From assembly GCF_006345805.1 (NCBI RefSeq), contig NC_043001.1, positions 9,672,001-9,736,000 of the forward strand: 64,000 nt of DNA, in the 5' to 3' direction. Origin of the DNA: Octopus sinensis. Lineage: Eukaryota. Position numbers and translations under genes: made by a program. The notes under the pieces are model-generated. The model had not been told where the DNA came from. It made no database searches and saw only the letters and a program-made list of their open reading frames with translations. The number at the start of each line of letters is the position of its first letter. Position 1 is the stretch's first letter. Below are positions 12,524 through 26,322 of this stretch, piece after piece.

Positions 12524-15269
12524 AACATATATATATATATACATAATCCTTCTGTATAGAATCAAGGATTGCAGTAACTTCGAAGTGAAAGGCTAGTTCA
12601 CTTCTTGTACAGAACAGATTTTGAAGAGAGCTTTTCAGCTTTCAGAATTACAATTTTCAATACCACATAAATAGTTTTTATTTAAAGCAATTTCGAAGAA
12701 TTCTTTATTATTTTTCTCTCAGAATATATGAATATATTTTATTACTCAAAATTTTTGTACAAGATAGAAAGAAAAATGAAATTTCGAAAAACAACCAAGC
12801 AAATTCTTCAAAAACGTGCGCGTGTGTGTGTGTGAAGCATTATAAAACGAACACGAGTACTTCAACCACACTTCAAGAATACAAAAAAAAATACAAAATT
12901 CTTTTATACAACTCTATAGAATCCAGTATTGAAATATGAAGCTTATCCGCTAATTGTGTTGTGTTCAAATCCCACCCAGGCCGACTCTACATTCCATCAT
13001 TCTAGGGGCAATAATGTAAAGCGTCACTCAAGCACCAGAGTCGATACAATCGACTCCATTTCGAAACCACTGCCGCCGAGAACGAGGAAATAACCACCAG
13101 TTGGGTACTGGGGGTCGATATAATTGACCCACCCCCATTCCCCGCTTCTACCAAAATTTCAGGCCTATAGTAGAAAGGATTATTATTATCATTGCTATTG
13201 TTGTTATTATTATTATTACTACTTGCCGATGTCCTCTTTGTCTTACATCCGAAAAGAGTAGATAAAAAAAAGGTACCAGTTTAATACTGGGTCGATGTGA
13301 TCGACTTACACCTTCCCCCACGAATTTGATGGTCTTGTGCCAACCTTTGAAAGCATTATTGTTGTTGTTATTATTATTATTATTATTATTATTAATGCCG
13401 GTGATTCCATACATCTGGTCTTACACGGTAAGAGATCTGTAATTATTACAGAAGTCCGGAATTGCTGCTTTTACAGTTTAAGAAAAAGAACGTCACTCTC
13501 TCTCTCTCTCTCTTAGATGCTTCCTTTCAAAACAGCGGCAAAAATGGTAAAATAATTCTTCAATATTCCGTGTCTTTGTGTATGATGTGTGTGCGTGGTG
13601 TGTATGATGTGTGTGTGTGTGTGTGTGTGTTTACAGCTCATTCATGAAGTCTATCATTCTTTAACCCCAGGTCAGTTCTGACCATGTAGACCATATAATC
13701 AAAGACACCTCGTTATTTTTTTTATTTTTACATTTTTGTTTGAGATTTTGGTTGTTTTTCTTTGCAGACATTTTTTTGTTGTTCTTTTTCTTCATTTTCT
13801 TTCTTTTGTTTCAAAAGAGAAGTTTGATATGAAGCGGGTATAGCCACTTGTTTCTAGCAGATCGGGAATCCACTTCTGAGATTTTTCGCTTATCGTCTCA
13901 GAATACATGTTTCCAGAGACAAGCATAATGTTGGATCTTCTTCTGCGGATTGGTCGAAGATGTGACAGCAAGGTAACAGAGGCACCTTAAACACAGAAGC
14001 GACACAGAGACAAGGGTAGACAGACGGACAGAGAGACAGACAGACACGGAGAGCAACAAGTAACGCGAAAGTGATTTTACAAGTGTGTAGAATTCTTAGT
14101 TATTTCGTTATATACCCAGCAGATATTACTGTACAATATACATGCACACTCCTACTACACGTATATACATACATGCATTACGTATGTGATACCATACACC
14201 AACAGACGTTTTATATATATACATGTGTGTGTGTGTGTGTGTGGTAAATGTAGACCAACTATATGTATATGCTGTACAGACAGATGAGCGCGAGTCTGTG
14301 TAGGATCCTCTACGTGGTTCAGCAAACTGCTAGAAATAGCAGTCAAATTTTCACTCGCATCCGATGCTACGCAGTGTCTTAAAGAAAGAGGAAGAGAAAG
14401 AAAGAAAAAGACATTATGCTTGAATAAAGTGACGGGGTTGGGTGGAGGGGGTCATGTCAGGAACGACTTTGGTCACTGTTTCCATCAAAAGTTCGTATAT
14501 TCACACATGCGTGTGTATATACATCGCTATTGGTAGTACACACAAATTCTTTACATAAAGGCAAATCATGTGTGGGTGGGTGGAGGGTGGGGGGATAAAC
14601 GTTTGTGATTACAAACGACGAAAAAGTACTCAATACATAGACCTGAGTGTTTGTGCGTGTGTGTGTGTGTGTGTGTAGATTGACACTCGAAGAATGACAG
14701 TTCTTCACATATCCAACAAACACCTACTTGAATAGAACTATTGACAGAAAATGGTAAAGACAGGCATTTTAGCATCAAAACAACATTACATTGCTGGAAG
14801 AAACGATCAATTAAAGTATATCCTGCGATAGGGTTTCGATTTCTTGCTTCACTAATAAATTTTTTTTTTCTAAATATTTAAGTATGGTTCCAGGCAATAT
14901 TAAACCAATTCCATGGTCACCATTAAAATCTCGAAATCACCGTTAAGTAATTATGTTACCTACAAACGGAAAGACTGAAAAATCAATTAGGACCAAGGGA
15001 ATTCGAACTCACATCGTAAAGGGACGTAACTAAAAACCAATAAGGCATTTTGTAAAGTAGTCTAATGATGTTGCCATCACACAGCACTGGAACAATTCGA
15101 CCGTTTTATAGCCAGAAATTCCACGCTTTCTTTGTAATGTATCTATATTTTATACATACACACAAATACATTAGTATGTAATAGTATGTACGTACATACA
15201 TACATACATGCATATCTGCATATGTATGTACGTATGTATGTATGTATTATGTGTATGTGTGTGTTATAT

Positions 15270-15437
15270 ATATTTCTTTATTGCCCACAAGGGGCTAAAG
15301 ATAGAGGGGACAAACAAAGACAGACAAAGGGATTAAGTCGATCACATCGACCCCAGTGCGTAACTGGTACTTTATTTATCGACCCCGAAAGGATGAAAGG
15401 CAAAGTCGACCTCGGCGGAATTTGAACTCAGAACGTA
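15270..15437 (-). mobile_element. SINE family B fragment
   Basis: CCCACAAGGGGCTAAA...GAAAGGATGAAAGGCAAAGTCGACCTCGGCGG. Confidence 0.85.
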
Positions 15438-16376
15438 TAGTGTGTGTTATATAGGTTCCCTACGGACCTGCCTGTCGTTCAGGGCAACTTGAAGAGTTGG
15501 CGACAGGAAAGGCATTTGGCCGTTAAGTATAACCGCAGGGAAACTACCTAATCCACGCCAAAATGGAAAACCAAGAACAAGGTGCTTTTATACAATATAT
15601 ATACTAATGGATAATATTCATATCGGAACGCATACATATGCGTGCATTTCTCAGACTCACCTGTTAATGTTCTTCAACAATTCAACGACGCCTGTGCTTT
15701 CTGCAAGTGATACGGTTTTCAAAACGACAAATGTACATTCGCCCGTTCACACACATTCATCATACATACATACATGTATGTAATCACACAGTATAGCATA
15801 TTAATGTATTTATGTGTAAGTTATACTTACATACATACGGGATGTATGTATGTATGTATGTATGTATGCGTATGTATAAAATATGTACACTTTATACTGT
15901 GTGTGTGTATAACGTATGAAAAATATGTATGGAAAATATATATGAAAATATTGAAAAAAATGTAGAACATCTCTGAGAATATATGTGCTGTGGTTGAGTG
16001 TGAACATCTATCGATTGGGTACTCCAGCTGGGTTGAGAGTGGGATAAAATGGTGAGGTTAAAGACATGGGTAAAGGAATGGGGTACCGTGGTTTGGCTAA
16101 AAGCATGGGTAAGGAAAGTGTGTGTCACAGCTGGGGGAGAATATCGAGGTATTTTTGACAGGGCTGGGGAATATCATTGAAAATGGATACCCTCGTAGGG
16201 TGGAAATGTGTACCATGACAGGGGTGAGAAGCATCGGATGGAGAAGCTACCCGGGTAAGGCAGAGAAAGGGGTGGATTATACATATGAATATAAAAATAT
16301 GACAAAAAAAAATCAAAGAAAAACAAAACAAGCATGAGTACTGTAAACACACATAAACATACGTATGAGAGAGAGG

Positions 16377-16412
<36 letters not shown>

Positions 16413-17157
16413 AGACGGACGGACGGAGCAGAGCAGGGTGAACTAACAACGGAGTCTCTATGAAGTCTCAGGACATGCTGGAAACAGCAGCTAAATCTTA
16501 AATCATACTCGTTAAATATAAACTCAAGAGGGACATTGGATAATGTGGTCCTCCTAGATAGACTTATGCCAAGAAGAAAATGGATTAGTTACGTCTGGGT
16601 GGTCTTTCATGGTAGGTTTGATGAAGCAGGGTCGAAAAGAGTCTCTACTTCAAAACCAACTAAAAATTAGGCGAAGAGAGAACAAGGGTGCCTTTACACA
16701 GTCGCTCCAAATGCTAGAAATAACAGCCAAATCTCCCTCAAATAACAACCTGCTGTCTAAAATAGAGAAGTAGAATTATGTAATCTGGGATAGTTTATAC
16801 TTTCTACAAAGACTGGATGGTCACATCTGGAACTCCTTTGACTCTAGGCTTCTTTGATCAAGAACAACAGCTGTAAGGAAAGTAAAGATGTATTGGATAA
16901 AGTGATTTTGGGTATGTTTATGCCTGGGAATAAAATTGGACGGTCACAGATGGAACGTCTTTGGATTATAGGTGTGCTCCATCAATCTATAATCGACCTC
17001 AAGGGTTAACCAATAATTAGCTAACGGAAATAACTAGAAGTAGGTGAGTTTATTATCACCGAAGGGGTTAATTTGAGAGTAGAATATTAGAAAAGATATT
17101 AGATTTCTTTCGTTATATAAAGTATCGTTTATTCATTATTGAGCTAAATAATGAAAG

Positions 17158-17209
<52 letters not shown>

Positions 17210-17335
17210 AAAGACAGACCATGAGGACTGTCAACCAATTAACGTGAAGAGAACAAAGAAAGTAATTATTAGATTAGAAGACGATAAATTAATGAATAGT
17301 CCCTATGTGAAACGATTTCCTTCGAGGGCGGGAAA

Positions 17336-17368
<33 letters not shown>

Positions 17369-17934
17369 TGATAATGATAATGATAATAAAAATAATAATA
17401 ATAGAAGAGAAAATGGTAAGAAGTCAGACGAATAAATATTTCTTAAAAAATAAGCGATGTAATAATGAAGGAATTTTATTAGTAAAGTGATGAACGAAAG
17501 ACAAATGAAAAGAGGAAAATAGTAATAACAATAATAATAATGGTGAAGCAGTATTCTTGTCACAGAATAAAAAGGACAAACAATCGAAGTCTCACTTTTC
17601 CACTAATTCCATTATAAAGTCGTCGTGTTGTGGAGAATCGAGGAGAATTCCTCCCGGAGCGTCAGAGATGATTGTCATAAACCAGTAAACTGGGTAATGG
17701 TGTAAGTCACAGGTGATACTAGTTAGAGACTTGGTGTGGATAGATGATGATACCCTTATAGTGAGCGAATGACAGGCGACACACTATAGTGGATACCCGT
17801 ATTGTTAATAACAGCTATTAATGCCAAGGTTTTATCGTATATGCCTCTGTGTGTACGTGTGTGTGTATGTGTGTCCTAGAAGTAATTCAAGCATTCTTCA
17901 TGTAGGGCAGTAAACAAAACATGTATATATATAT

Positions 17935-18353
17935 ATATCTTTATAAATTTACATATATATATATATATTATATATATATATATTTATAAATTTACATATA
18001 TATATATATATATATATATATCTATAAATTTACATGTATATATATATCTTTATAAATTTACATATATATATATATACATCTTTATAAATTACATATATAT
18101 ATATATATCTCTATAAATTTACATGTATATATATATCTTTATAAATTTACATATATTTATATATATACATCTTTATAAATTTACATATATATATATAAAT
18201 CTTTATAAATTACATATATATATATATATATATATATACATCTTTATAAATTTACATATATATATATAAATCTTTATAAATTTACATGTATATATACATC
18301 TTTATAAATTTACATATATATATATAAATCTTTATAAATTTACAGATATATAT

Positions 18354-18395
<42 letters not shown>
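17935..18395. repeat. Compound minisatellite [TCTTTATAAATTTACA(TA)n]
   Basis: About 14 copies of the TTTATAAATTTACA core separated by (TA) runs of variable length. Confidence 0.9.
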
Positions 18396-18406
<11 letters not shown>

Positions 18407-19329
18407 GTGTGTATGTAAATTTTAAGAGAGAGAATTTGTTGTATGTGCCTACGGGTGTTAAAAGGGTACTAAATACATCAATAACTCTTAGATGACAATA
18501 AAAAGAAAGAATAAAGATTTTTTAAAAAAACGCAAAGCAAAGGAATGAGCGACATTTTCTAAATTTTGCACACGCGTGTATATACATATATATATATATA
18601 TGTATATATACACACACTAATGCAAGGAAAAAGGAGAATGAAATACTAACAAGTCAAAGACATCATAAAATACAGAATCATTGGATTGAAATGCAAACGA
18701 GATAATAATAATAATAATAAAAAGAATAATAATAATAATATTAATAACAACAATAACCGCCAAAAAGAAATGGAACAAAATCGAAAAGAAATTCCTTGAC
18801 AAACCGAAGAATTTAAGTTAAGATATTTATATAAGGATCGAAGAGAAAAGTTTTCGGTGTTGGAACCACCGAGTGACAGAATAACAGTTGGCAATTCTTC
18901 CTTCTTTTCTGCTTTTGTCTTGGCATTTCCAATTTCGTTATTTGCTCTCGTGGGCTTTTATTTTATTTATTATTTTTTTTTTGGATTTAATTTTTTCTTT
19001 TTCTTTTTTTCTTTTGGTTTAATTCTCCCAGCTTCAATTAATGGACCTTGGTTAATTTCAACAGCAGACAAAGTGCTGCTTTTTAAAATTTTTTTTCTTT
19101 TTTCGCTAGTTTGTTACCTTTTTGTAAAAATACATTCCTGTCTGCGACTATCATAATTTTTCACTGAGAAATGTTTCCGAGAAATGTTTTCTCTCTCTCT
19201 CTCTCTCACTCTTTCTGTTGTTCTTTCTTCCACTCCATCTCTCTCTCTTAATTCTTCTTCTTCTTCATCATCATCACCATCATCATCAGCACATCTTTCT
19301 TTGACTTACTCTATATGGATGGATAACAG

Positions 19330-20340
19330 ACTTTCGCTTCCCTTCGTCGTCTTCGCAGTCTAAAAGACTACGTTACGTGCGTATTCCCTGCCTACGCTAC
19401 GCCAACAAAACAGTTCTCCGGAGCACATGTGGCCAGTCAGCGCCTTCTCTCCTCCTCTCTTTCCCCCTCTCTCTCAACATCCTCTCACTCTCACTCCTAT
19501 CTTTCTAATTCCGACTGCTAGTTCTTCCATCCTCTCTCTCTCTCTCTCTCTCTCTACTACTTCTATAACTAACTACCAAAACCTCTTAGATTTTCTCTGC
19601 TAGTCAATCCTCGATTCACATCGTTACATTACATACCTATCTTAATTTTTTTTCCCTTCTTCTTCCTTCTCTTTTTTCCTCTCCTCCCCTTCATTGCCTC
19701 CTCTCTTTATCAGACAACGCGACGCTCTTCTTTCTCGCATCAAATTCTTCAAACCTCTCCCCCCGCGCTTTCTTCCTCACACCCCAATTCCTCTCTCTCT
19801 CTCTCGCTCTCTCGCTCTTTCGCTCTCGTTCTTTCTTTCTCTCTCTCTCTGCTATAGATCCGTCGTTCCCTCCTTCTCTAACTCTAAGTATCTCGTCCCC
19901 GCCGTTACCGTTTCTGATGTTCAGTGGAGGTGGTAGAAGGACGACCGCGCTTCTTTCCCCAGCCTTAGTTTTATATTCATCTTTACTAGAGTCACGCACG
20001 CACGCGTTTTAATATCACAGCGGACCGATTCCCTCCCACCTCTCTCCCTTTCTCTCTCTCTCTCTACTCTGCCATTTCTCTCTTCTGTCTCCCTTACTCT
20101 CTGTCTCTTACTTACTCTCTCTCTCTCTCTCTCTCTCTTACTCGCTCGCTCTCTCTCTCGCTCTCTCTCTCCTACATCTCACCGCGGCGGATTTTGTTGT
20201 AAGCTTTGTTGCTACTATGTTCCGACGTCGAAAGAAAAATTCGGATCGAATTTCGTAGAAAGCAACAGAACGGGGGGCAGTAGAGCAACGAGGGAGGGGG
20301 CGTGATGTGCCGCTCGGAAAAATGACTAACGAATGATTTG
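19330..20340 (+). promoter_or_regulatory. Candidate promoter / 5'UTR: CpG-rich, (CT)n-rich, transposon-free
   Basis: Locally dense CpG (e.g. CACGCACGCACGCG, CACCGCGGCGG, CCGACGTCG), GAGA-type tracts and no recognisable SINEs, directly upstream of the candidate exon. Confidence 0.45.
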
Positions 20341-21042
20341 TGTTTGTTAATGGTATTAATAATAATTATTAGGAACCAGTAACCTAAATATTTATTCCCT
20401 CTCTCTCACACACAACAACAACAACAACAAAATAGAAAAAGAAAAAAAAATATATAACAACAATCACAACAATAACAACAACAACCACAACCACCCCCCA
20501 CCGCCATCGCCACCACCATCAAACACCGTCGCCACCCGTTTATTCAACCCATTGTCCAAAACCACCCAGGAGGATATTTTACAGGACACTAGCGGAGTAT
20601 TTTCCCCCCCACAAAATTACATCTTATTCTTTATCATGTGTGTCTTCAACACCCGAAACCACCAGGAATAATTCTTCTTCTTCTTCTTCTTCTTCTTCTT
20701 GTGTTCTTCAACTCTTTTTTTTTTTAATTTATTATTTTTTTTTCCTTTGTTGTCCTCACCCCTTTTGTTTTGTTTTGTTTTGATTGTGTTTCTCTTTGAT
20801 TCAATATTTCTATATTGTTTTCAAGAATCACATCCTTTGTCTTCTTCTCTGTGGACCCCCTCGATTCATTTACCACTTTACCCCCTCTTTACTTTCTTTT
20901 CTTTTTTTTTATCTCCTTTTTTTTGTTCTTCTTCTTCTTCTCGTTACTATCTCTATTTTGCTACACAACTCACTAGTCTTACCATAAGTACCAGTTGCTG
21001 GTGGTCACTGGTGTTGGCGAGACGGTGGGGTGTCTGGAGGAA

Positions 21043-21091
21043 ATGCCGTTCCTATACCTTTTCTGTTTCCTCTGCTGGGCAGCTATGCAAG
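21043..21091 (+). CDS. Putative first coding exon of a secreted or cell-surface protein (signal-peptide-like MPFLYLFCFLCWAAMQ, phase-1 intron)
   Basis: ATG with a purine at -3, in-frame upstream TAG at 20974-20976, 16 mostly hydrophobic codons, then a consensus donor CAAG|GTAAGA; gene identity unknown. Confidence 0.6.
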
Positions 21092-22343
21092 GTAAGAGGC
21101 TATTTCTGTTATATATATACATATATACACACTTATTTATATATACATATTCATATATATATGTATCGATGTTTTTACCTTCTTCTTTCAGCCTCATTCT
21201 AAGCCATTATTCACGAATCATGAAAAAAATATATATACACACACAAAAAAAAATAATAATAACAACATAAACACAAAACATTGTTGTTAAATTCTTGATT
21301 TAAAACCCGATTTCCCGAGTCGAGTCCTTCATGCATCTCTCAATGCCAGACAAAAGTAATCATTGGCGCTGTCGTTACCACCATTCTTGGCCCGGGTGTC
21401 CATTCCAAGGTACCCTGGTGCGTTGTCAGTAGGTTGTTGTTCGATCTACTAAGAGCAGCAAGTTAAACCTCTCACCCCCGTTTTGCCCCCTAAAGGTCAC
21501 ATTTGATAACGTGGTCCTGGGCTCTTTGCACGTCGGGTAAAAGCCGAGATGATCACGGCTGGAATGCTCATAGGTTTGCTCCAATTAGGGCTGACCTGGT
21601 ACTGAGCAAGAGCAACAAGCAGCCCAGGTGTCCTATACCCGAAACAACCCAGATTCCCTCGCCATTGCTTCCACCCATGTGCGAAAAGTACCCATGCTCA
21701 CCACACACTTGATTTGCTAGAAATAACAGCCAAATCACGTTCATATCGCACCCAGTTTTAAAATGAAGGGACACGTTGAATGATGTATTAGTTACAGAGT
21801 CTGACAAAATCATCCACGGAATGGTCACGGTTGGACCGTCTTTAATCTGAAGTTTGTTTGGCAGGGTAGATTTGGAACAAAACAAATCACATTCGCTTCG
21901 AGCCAACGAGGGCGTCTTTATGCGATCTCTTAAACTGCTAGAAAGAGCAGCAAAATACCCCTCTATTTAAATCCTACCCTCGTTAAAAAAAAATTGTTTT
22001 GACAATATAGTCCTTTATTACATAAAAACACGAGATGGTCACGACTGGTGCGCCTCTGATTACAGCTCTGTTTAATGAGGGGCTAACCTAGGACAACCCC
22101 AAAACGACACCAGTATTCTCTGTCGCTTCTAAAGCTCCCCACCATTCTAGTTACCTTTTACCTGAAGCTACCCAAACTACACTCCCCACCCGAGCTAGGC
22201 AAAAGAATTCTCATTCACGGAAATTCATTTCTTTTATTTGATAATTGCTTTTCTTCCTTTCAAATATTTTCAATGTTCTTTTTTTGAAAAAATGATTTTT
22301 TTAAAAATTGTATATGCTTTTCACAGGAATTCAAAACGGCTTC

Positions 22344-22377
<34 letters not shown>

Positions 22378-22633
22378 GATATATACACACACATTTATAT
22401 GTGTGTGTGTATTATTTAACGAAATCTGTTATTTTATCGTTAACCTAACGTTGATATATTCTGTTTCATTTTGTAAAATTTTTGTTATTACACGTAAAAA
22501 AAAAATTATTATTGTAGAAAAACAACAATTTTATTTACCAATGCTTGTATACATACTGGTACTGTCGCTTAGACTTGAAACTGGGACAACTGTATATATA
22601 ATATATATATATATACACACATATATACACATG

Positions 22634-22666
<33 letters not shown>

Positions 22667-22669
22667 GTG

Positions 22670-22741
<72 letters not shown>

Positions 22742-25700
22742 ATATGCTCAGATTTATTTACGTTTCTATTTATGCACGGATATGTTAGCAAGTACTTATC
22801 TATCTATGTGTGTATGTGTTTGTTTGTGTGTGTGTGTGTATAATATTACACACACACTCTCTCAGACACACAAATATGTACTGGAAGATAACTATTCACC
22901 TTTTCTATGTTTCGTTCTGCAAGTCTCATCTTACAGAGGAATAGATATCAGACGTTAGAATTTTCATCCGTGTTACTCTCTACCGCAAACACATATATAT
23001 ATAATATATATATAATATATATATATATTGCATATATACGTAAACGAAATAGTAATAAAGAAATAAAATTGTTCTTGGAGAAACTTTTCGCAGATTATTC
23101 TCATCCTTCAACTATATTCCATCTTTCTTATATGAAGTTTTCAGGTCAGCACTGCTTAAGTTTTGCACGCTGAAGAAATAGAAAGAAACTAGCTTATATC
23201 GCAGTCAACCGGCTCTTCATTTCTATTACAGCAGAAGAACCAGCCTATCTAGAGCAGTCTGCTTACAACTGTTTTGGTTCTGAATTCCCCTCCACCTCCT
23301 CCTCTCTATTTATCCTTATCTCTTCCTCTTTCTCTTCTCACTATACCTTTCTTTGAGGAATTCAGCATTCTTATACCTTCGTCTTTCTCTCTTTCTTCGC
23401 CAGTCACTTCGCAAAGAATCGAGAGCTTATTTATTTAATTCTTGGTCTCTCTCTCTCTCGCTCTTTCTCTTTTCGGTAAAGTTAAAGCAACAATGGTTTA
23501 AAACATAGCCACAGACTTGTTGCCTTGTTTTATGTCAAATTGAACTTTATCGTTTAAAGAATTCTACCTATCATCACCAACTTCACCGCCATCACAGGCA
23601 ACTCAATGAAGGAGATTTTGTATATATATACATATGTGTGTGTATTCACTAGATCTGCTAGAAATAGCGGTCAAAATCTCCCTCGAATTATACGTTATGT
23701 GATAAGCAATGGAAAGACGGACACGTTGGAAAACGTGATCCGAATTTAGGTTCCCAGCACATCAGAGAAAGACACAACGGTCAGCGTTGAAATGTTTTCG
23801 ATGCTCCAGCATGGCCGCAGTCAAATGACTGAAACTAGTAAAAGAATAGGCCTGCTCTACTTAACCTGGAGCTAAACGACAGAGAAAATACCTTCAGTTT
23901 TACTTTTCTGAAATTAATAATTTGCTCTCTCTCTCACAATTATCAGGCTACAAAAATGTAGGTTCTGTGTTCAAATCCTGCTGAGGTTCAACTTTTCTTT
24001 CTATCCTTCCGAGGACATAAAATAAGGTGTTAGTGAAGTGCTGGAGTCGATATAGTCACAGATTTCTGGCCTGCCTTTCTTGCTTTCGGTGTCGATAAAA
24101 TAAAGTACCAGTGAAATACTGGGGGGATGAGGAAGGGGGCGTCAATGTCATGGATTTACCTCTCCCCTTCTCCGTCAAAATTGCAAACCTTGGACCAAAA
24201 TTTGAAAGCAACGTATTCAACATGAAATTCAAAAGTGGTACCAAAAATCCAACAGCTTGAAGTAATTGAATAAAAATATTATATAATGAGGAACAAATCG
24301 TTGAAAGTTGTTCCATTGCACGAAAGTGGTGATGGTGGGTTGTAAAGAAAGGAATTCAATTCCTTTAATAGGAGTAAAGAGAAGAAAGTCGCAATGGAAC
24401 GGTTAATAAGGATTTGCATGGAAATATCAAAATATGGTGTATTTTTCTCCAGCTCTTAACTTTTCACATGCAAAATAAAACATTTCGAAAATTTTCTGAA
24501 GAAAAACAACTTGAAAAATTAATTCTCAACAACTGCTTCTTTAGTTGTTATTGTTGTTTTAACCCCAGGTCAGCCCTCAAACGAGTAGGTTTATAAGCAG
24601 AAGACGTACCGGTTTATAACCATCCCTTCTTGTGTATATCAAAGACTAGAGTCCAATGTAATTTTTGTTTTAAAGATAGTAGGGTAGTTTGAGAGAGAGA
24701 GAGAGTTTGCCTGTTATTTGTAATCGTTCCAACGCCCAAGGAGAGGCTCGCTCGCTACTTTGGCAGCCTCTCTTTTGTGCTATTCAATTAGACACAAGAA
24801 AAAATTCCTGTGCTTTAAAATTCTACTTCAATTTTTAGGGTATGTATTAACAAAAAGAAAAAAAAGACATAGCAAGCAACCGCTTTATCATCCCTCATTG
24901 CTTTCTGTCCCCGTTGACCCTGTAACCAAATGAGGCAGGGGGGAGAGGGTCGTTTCCGGTCTTTGATGACCAGCTTTACGAGAGCGCTATTTTTTTTTTT
25001 TTTTTAAAATGTGTTCTTCATCAAAATTTTTGAATTCTTTCGAGTTATTTAAATGAATTCTGATTAGACAAGTCCCGAAGGATAATTTCACATAAAGTAC
25101 AACTGTTCTGTATGGGATTTATAAAATTAGTTACCATTTTTATATTTTCTACGATTCCTGCAGGCTTTTTCGTAGACCCGTACCCCACACTCACTCTCTT
25201 CCTCTGGCACATATATATACATATATATATATACATGTATATATATAGATGCCATTCATTTCTAGCGCCCCCTTTCCTTTCGTGATATCTGTATATTCTT
25301 TGTTTAGTTCCAAGATCTACTACCGCCATCCACTGCTTTTAGTAAGATGATAATACGTAGCACGTGGAGAAGAGTGGCAGAAGAAATTCCTACCATCTTA
25401 CCATTATTCTATTGTTGTTGTAGTCTAAGAAATATATACAATCCAGATGTTCTCGCTAGAAGAAATAAAGGTGAAGAATGTCATTGTTAATTTCTATTCT
25501 CCAAGACTTTCGTTAATTGTTTCCCCAACAAAAGACAATTTATCTCGTTGGCTTTTTCTTTAAATGGTCAATAATAGTTTTGTAGCACTAATGAAATTTT
25601 GTGTTTGCAAATGTTTAGAACTGCACCGGGATCGACGCAACCAACTCACCCCTCCCCTCAAAAATGCTGTCTTTGTTCCAGAATAAGAATCTTTTTTTCT

Positions 25701-26003
25701 GTTCAGCCCCAAATCAGTTTTCATCGAGGAGACCCACAATCAAAGGTATTCGCACGATGATCCTCAAGACTTTTTTAGGGTTTCATGAACAGGCATTATA
25801 CAATGTGTTCTGTCTATGTTTAAGTGCGATTTTAAAGGAATTTGGCTGCTCTTCAGAGGGATTCTGCAAGCTAAGACGATGTGAAATAGAAAAGAAACGA
25901 ACGTTTCGGAGATTTGCACTTCTTCCGAAAGACAGACTCTGTGTGTGGGTAAACGAAAGTAACACTCAACACATTTCGTTGGAGTTACATGTATTTAATA
26001 ACA

Positions 26004-26136
26004 GTTTGACTCGGTTTCACATAACTTATATTCGTGGGCACAGGACACGTCCACCTCATCAGGTGTTCAAAATTATCTCAGATGAAGTGGCTGTGTCCTA
26101 CGCCCACGAAACTAAGTAATGTGACAAAAGTCAAAC
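26004..26136. ncRNA. Head-to-head inverted pair of hammerhead-like motifs
   Basis: Minus: CUGAUGA-G-GUGG-N13-CCAC-GAAUA-UAA-GU-U; plus: CAGAUGA-A-GUGG-N13-CCAC-GAAAC-UAA-GU-A; arms 26004-26063 and 26078-26136 are diverged reverse complements. Confidence 0.55.
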
Positions 26137-26190
26137 ACATACACACACACTCTCTCTCTCTATATATATATATATTTATATACATATATA

Positions 26191-26235
26191 TATATTCTAT
26201 GAATATAGACCTACCTTTATATCTATCTACCCCAA

Positions 26236-26269
<34 letters not shown>

Positions 26270-26322
26270 CACACACATAGGGGTAGATAGTTATAAAGGT
26301 AGGTTTATATTCATAGAATATA
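26191..26322. repeat. Near-perfect inverted repeat (~53-bp arms, 3 mismatches) around a TG/TA microsatellite
   Basis: TATATTCTATGAATATAGACCTACCTTTATATCTATCTACCCCAATGTG versus the reverse complement of CACATAGGGGTAGATAGTTATAAAGGTAGGTTTATATTCATAGAATATA. Confidence 0.9.

Noticed and set aside
16010-16275. G-rich strand-biased stretch (possible G-quadruplex or exon)
   Set aside because: Irregular G-runs with long loops, no clear splice signals and no recognisable peptide.
23170-23195. CTGAAGAA...GAAACTAG, hammerhead-like spacing
   Set aside because: No stem II can form; likely a chance match in purine-rich sequence.
25893-25932. Minus-strand CGGAAGAAG..CCGAAACGTT, a hammerhead-like echo
   Set aside because: Core mismatch, poor stem II and no stem I pairing; too degenerate to call.
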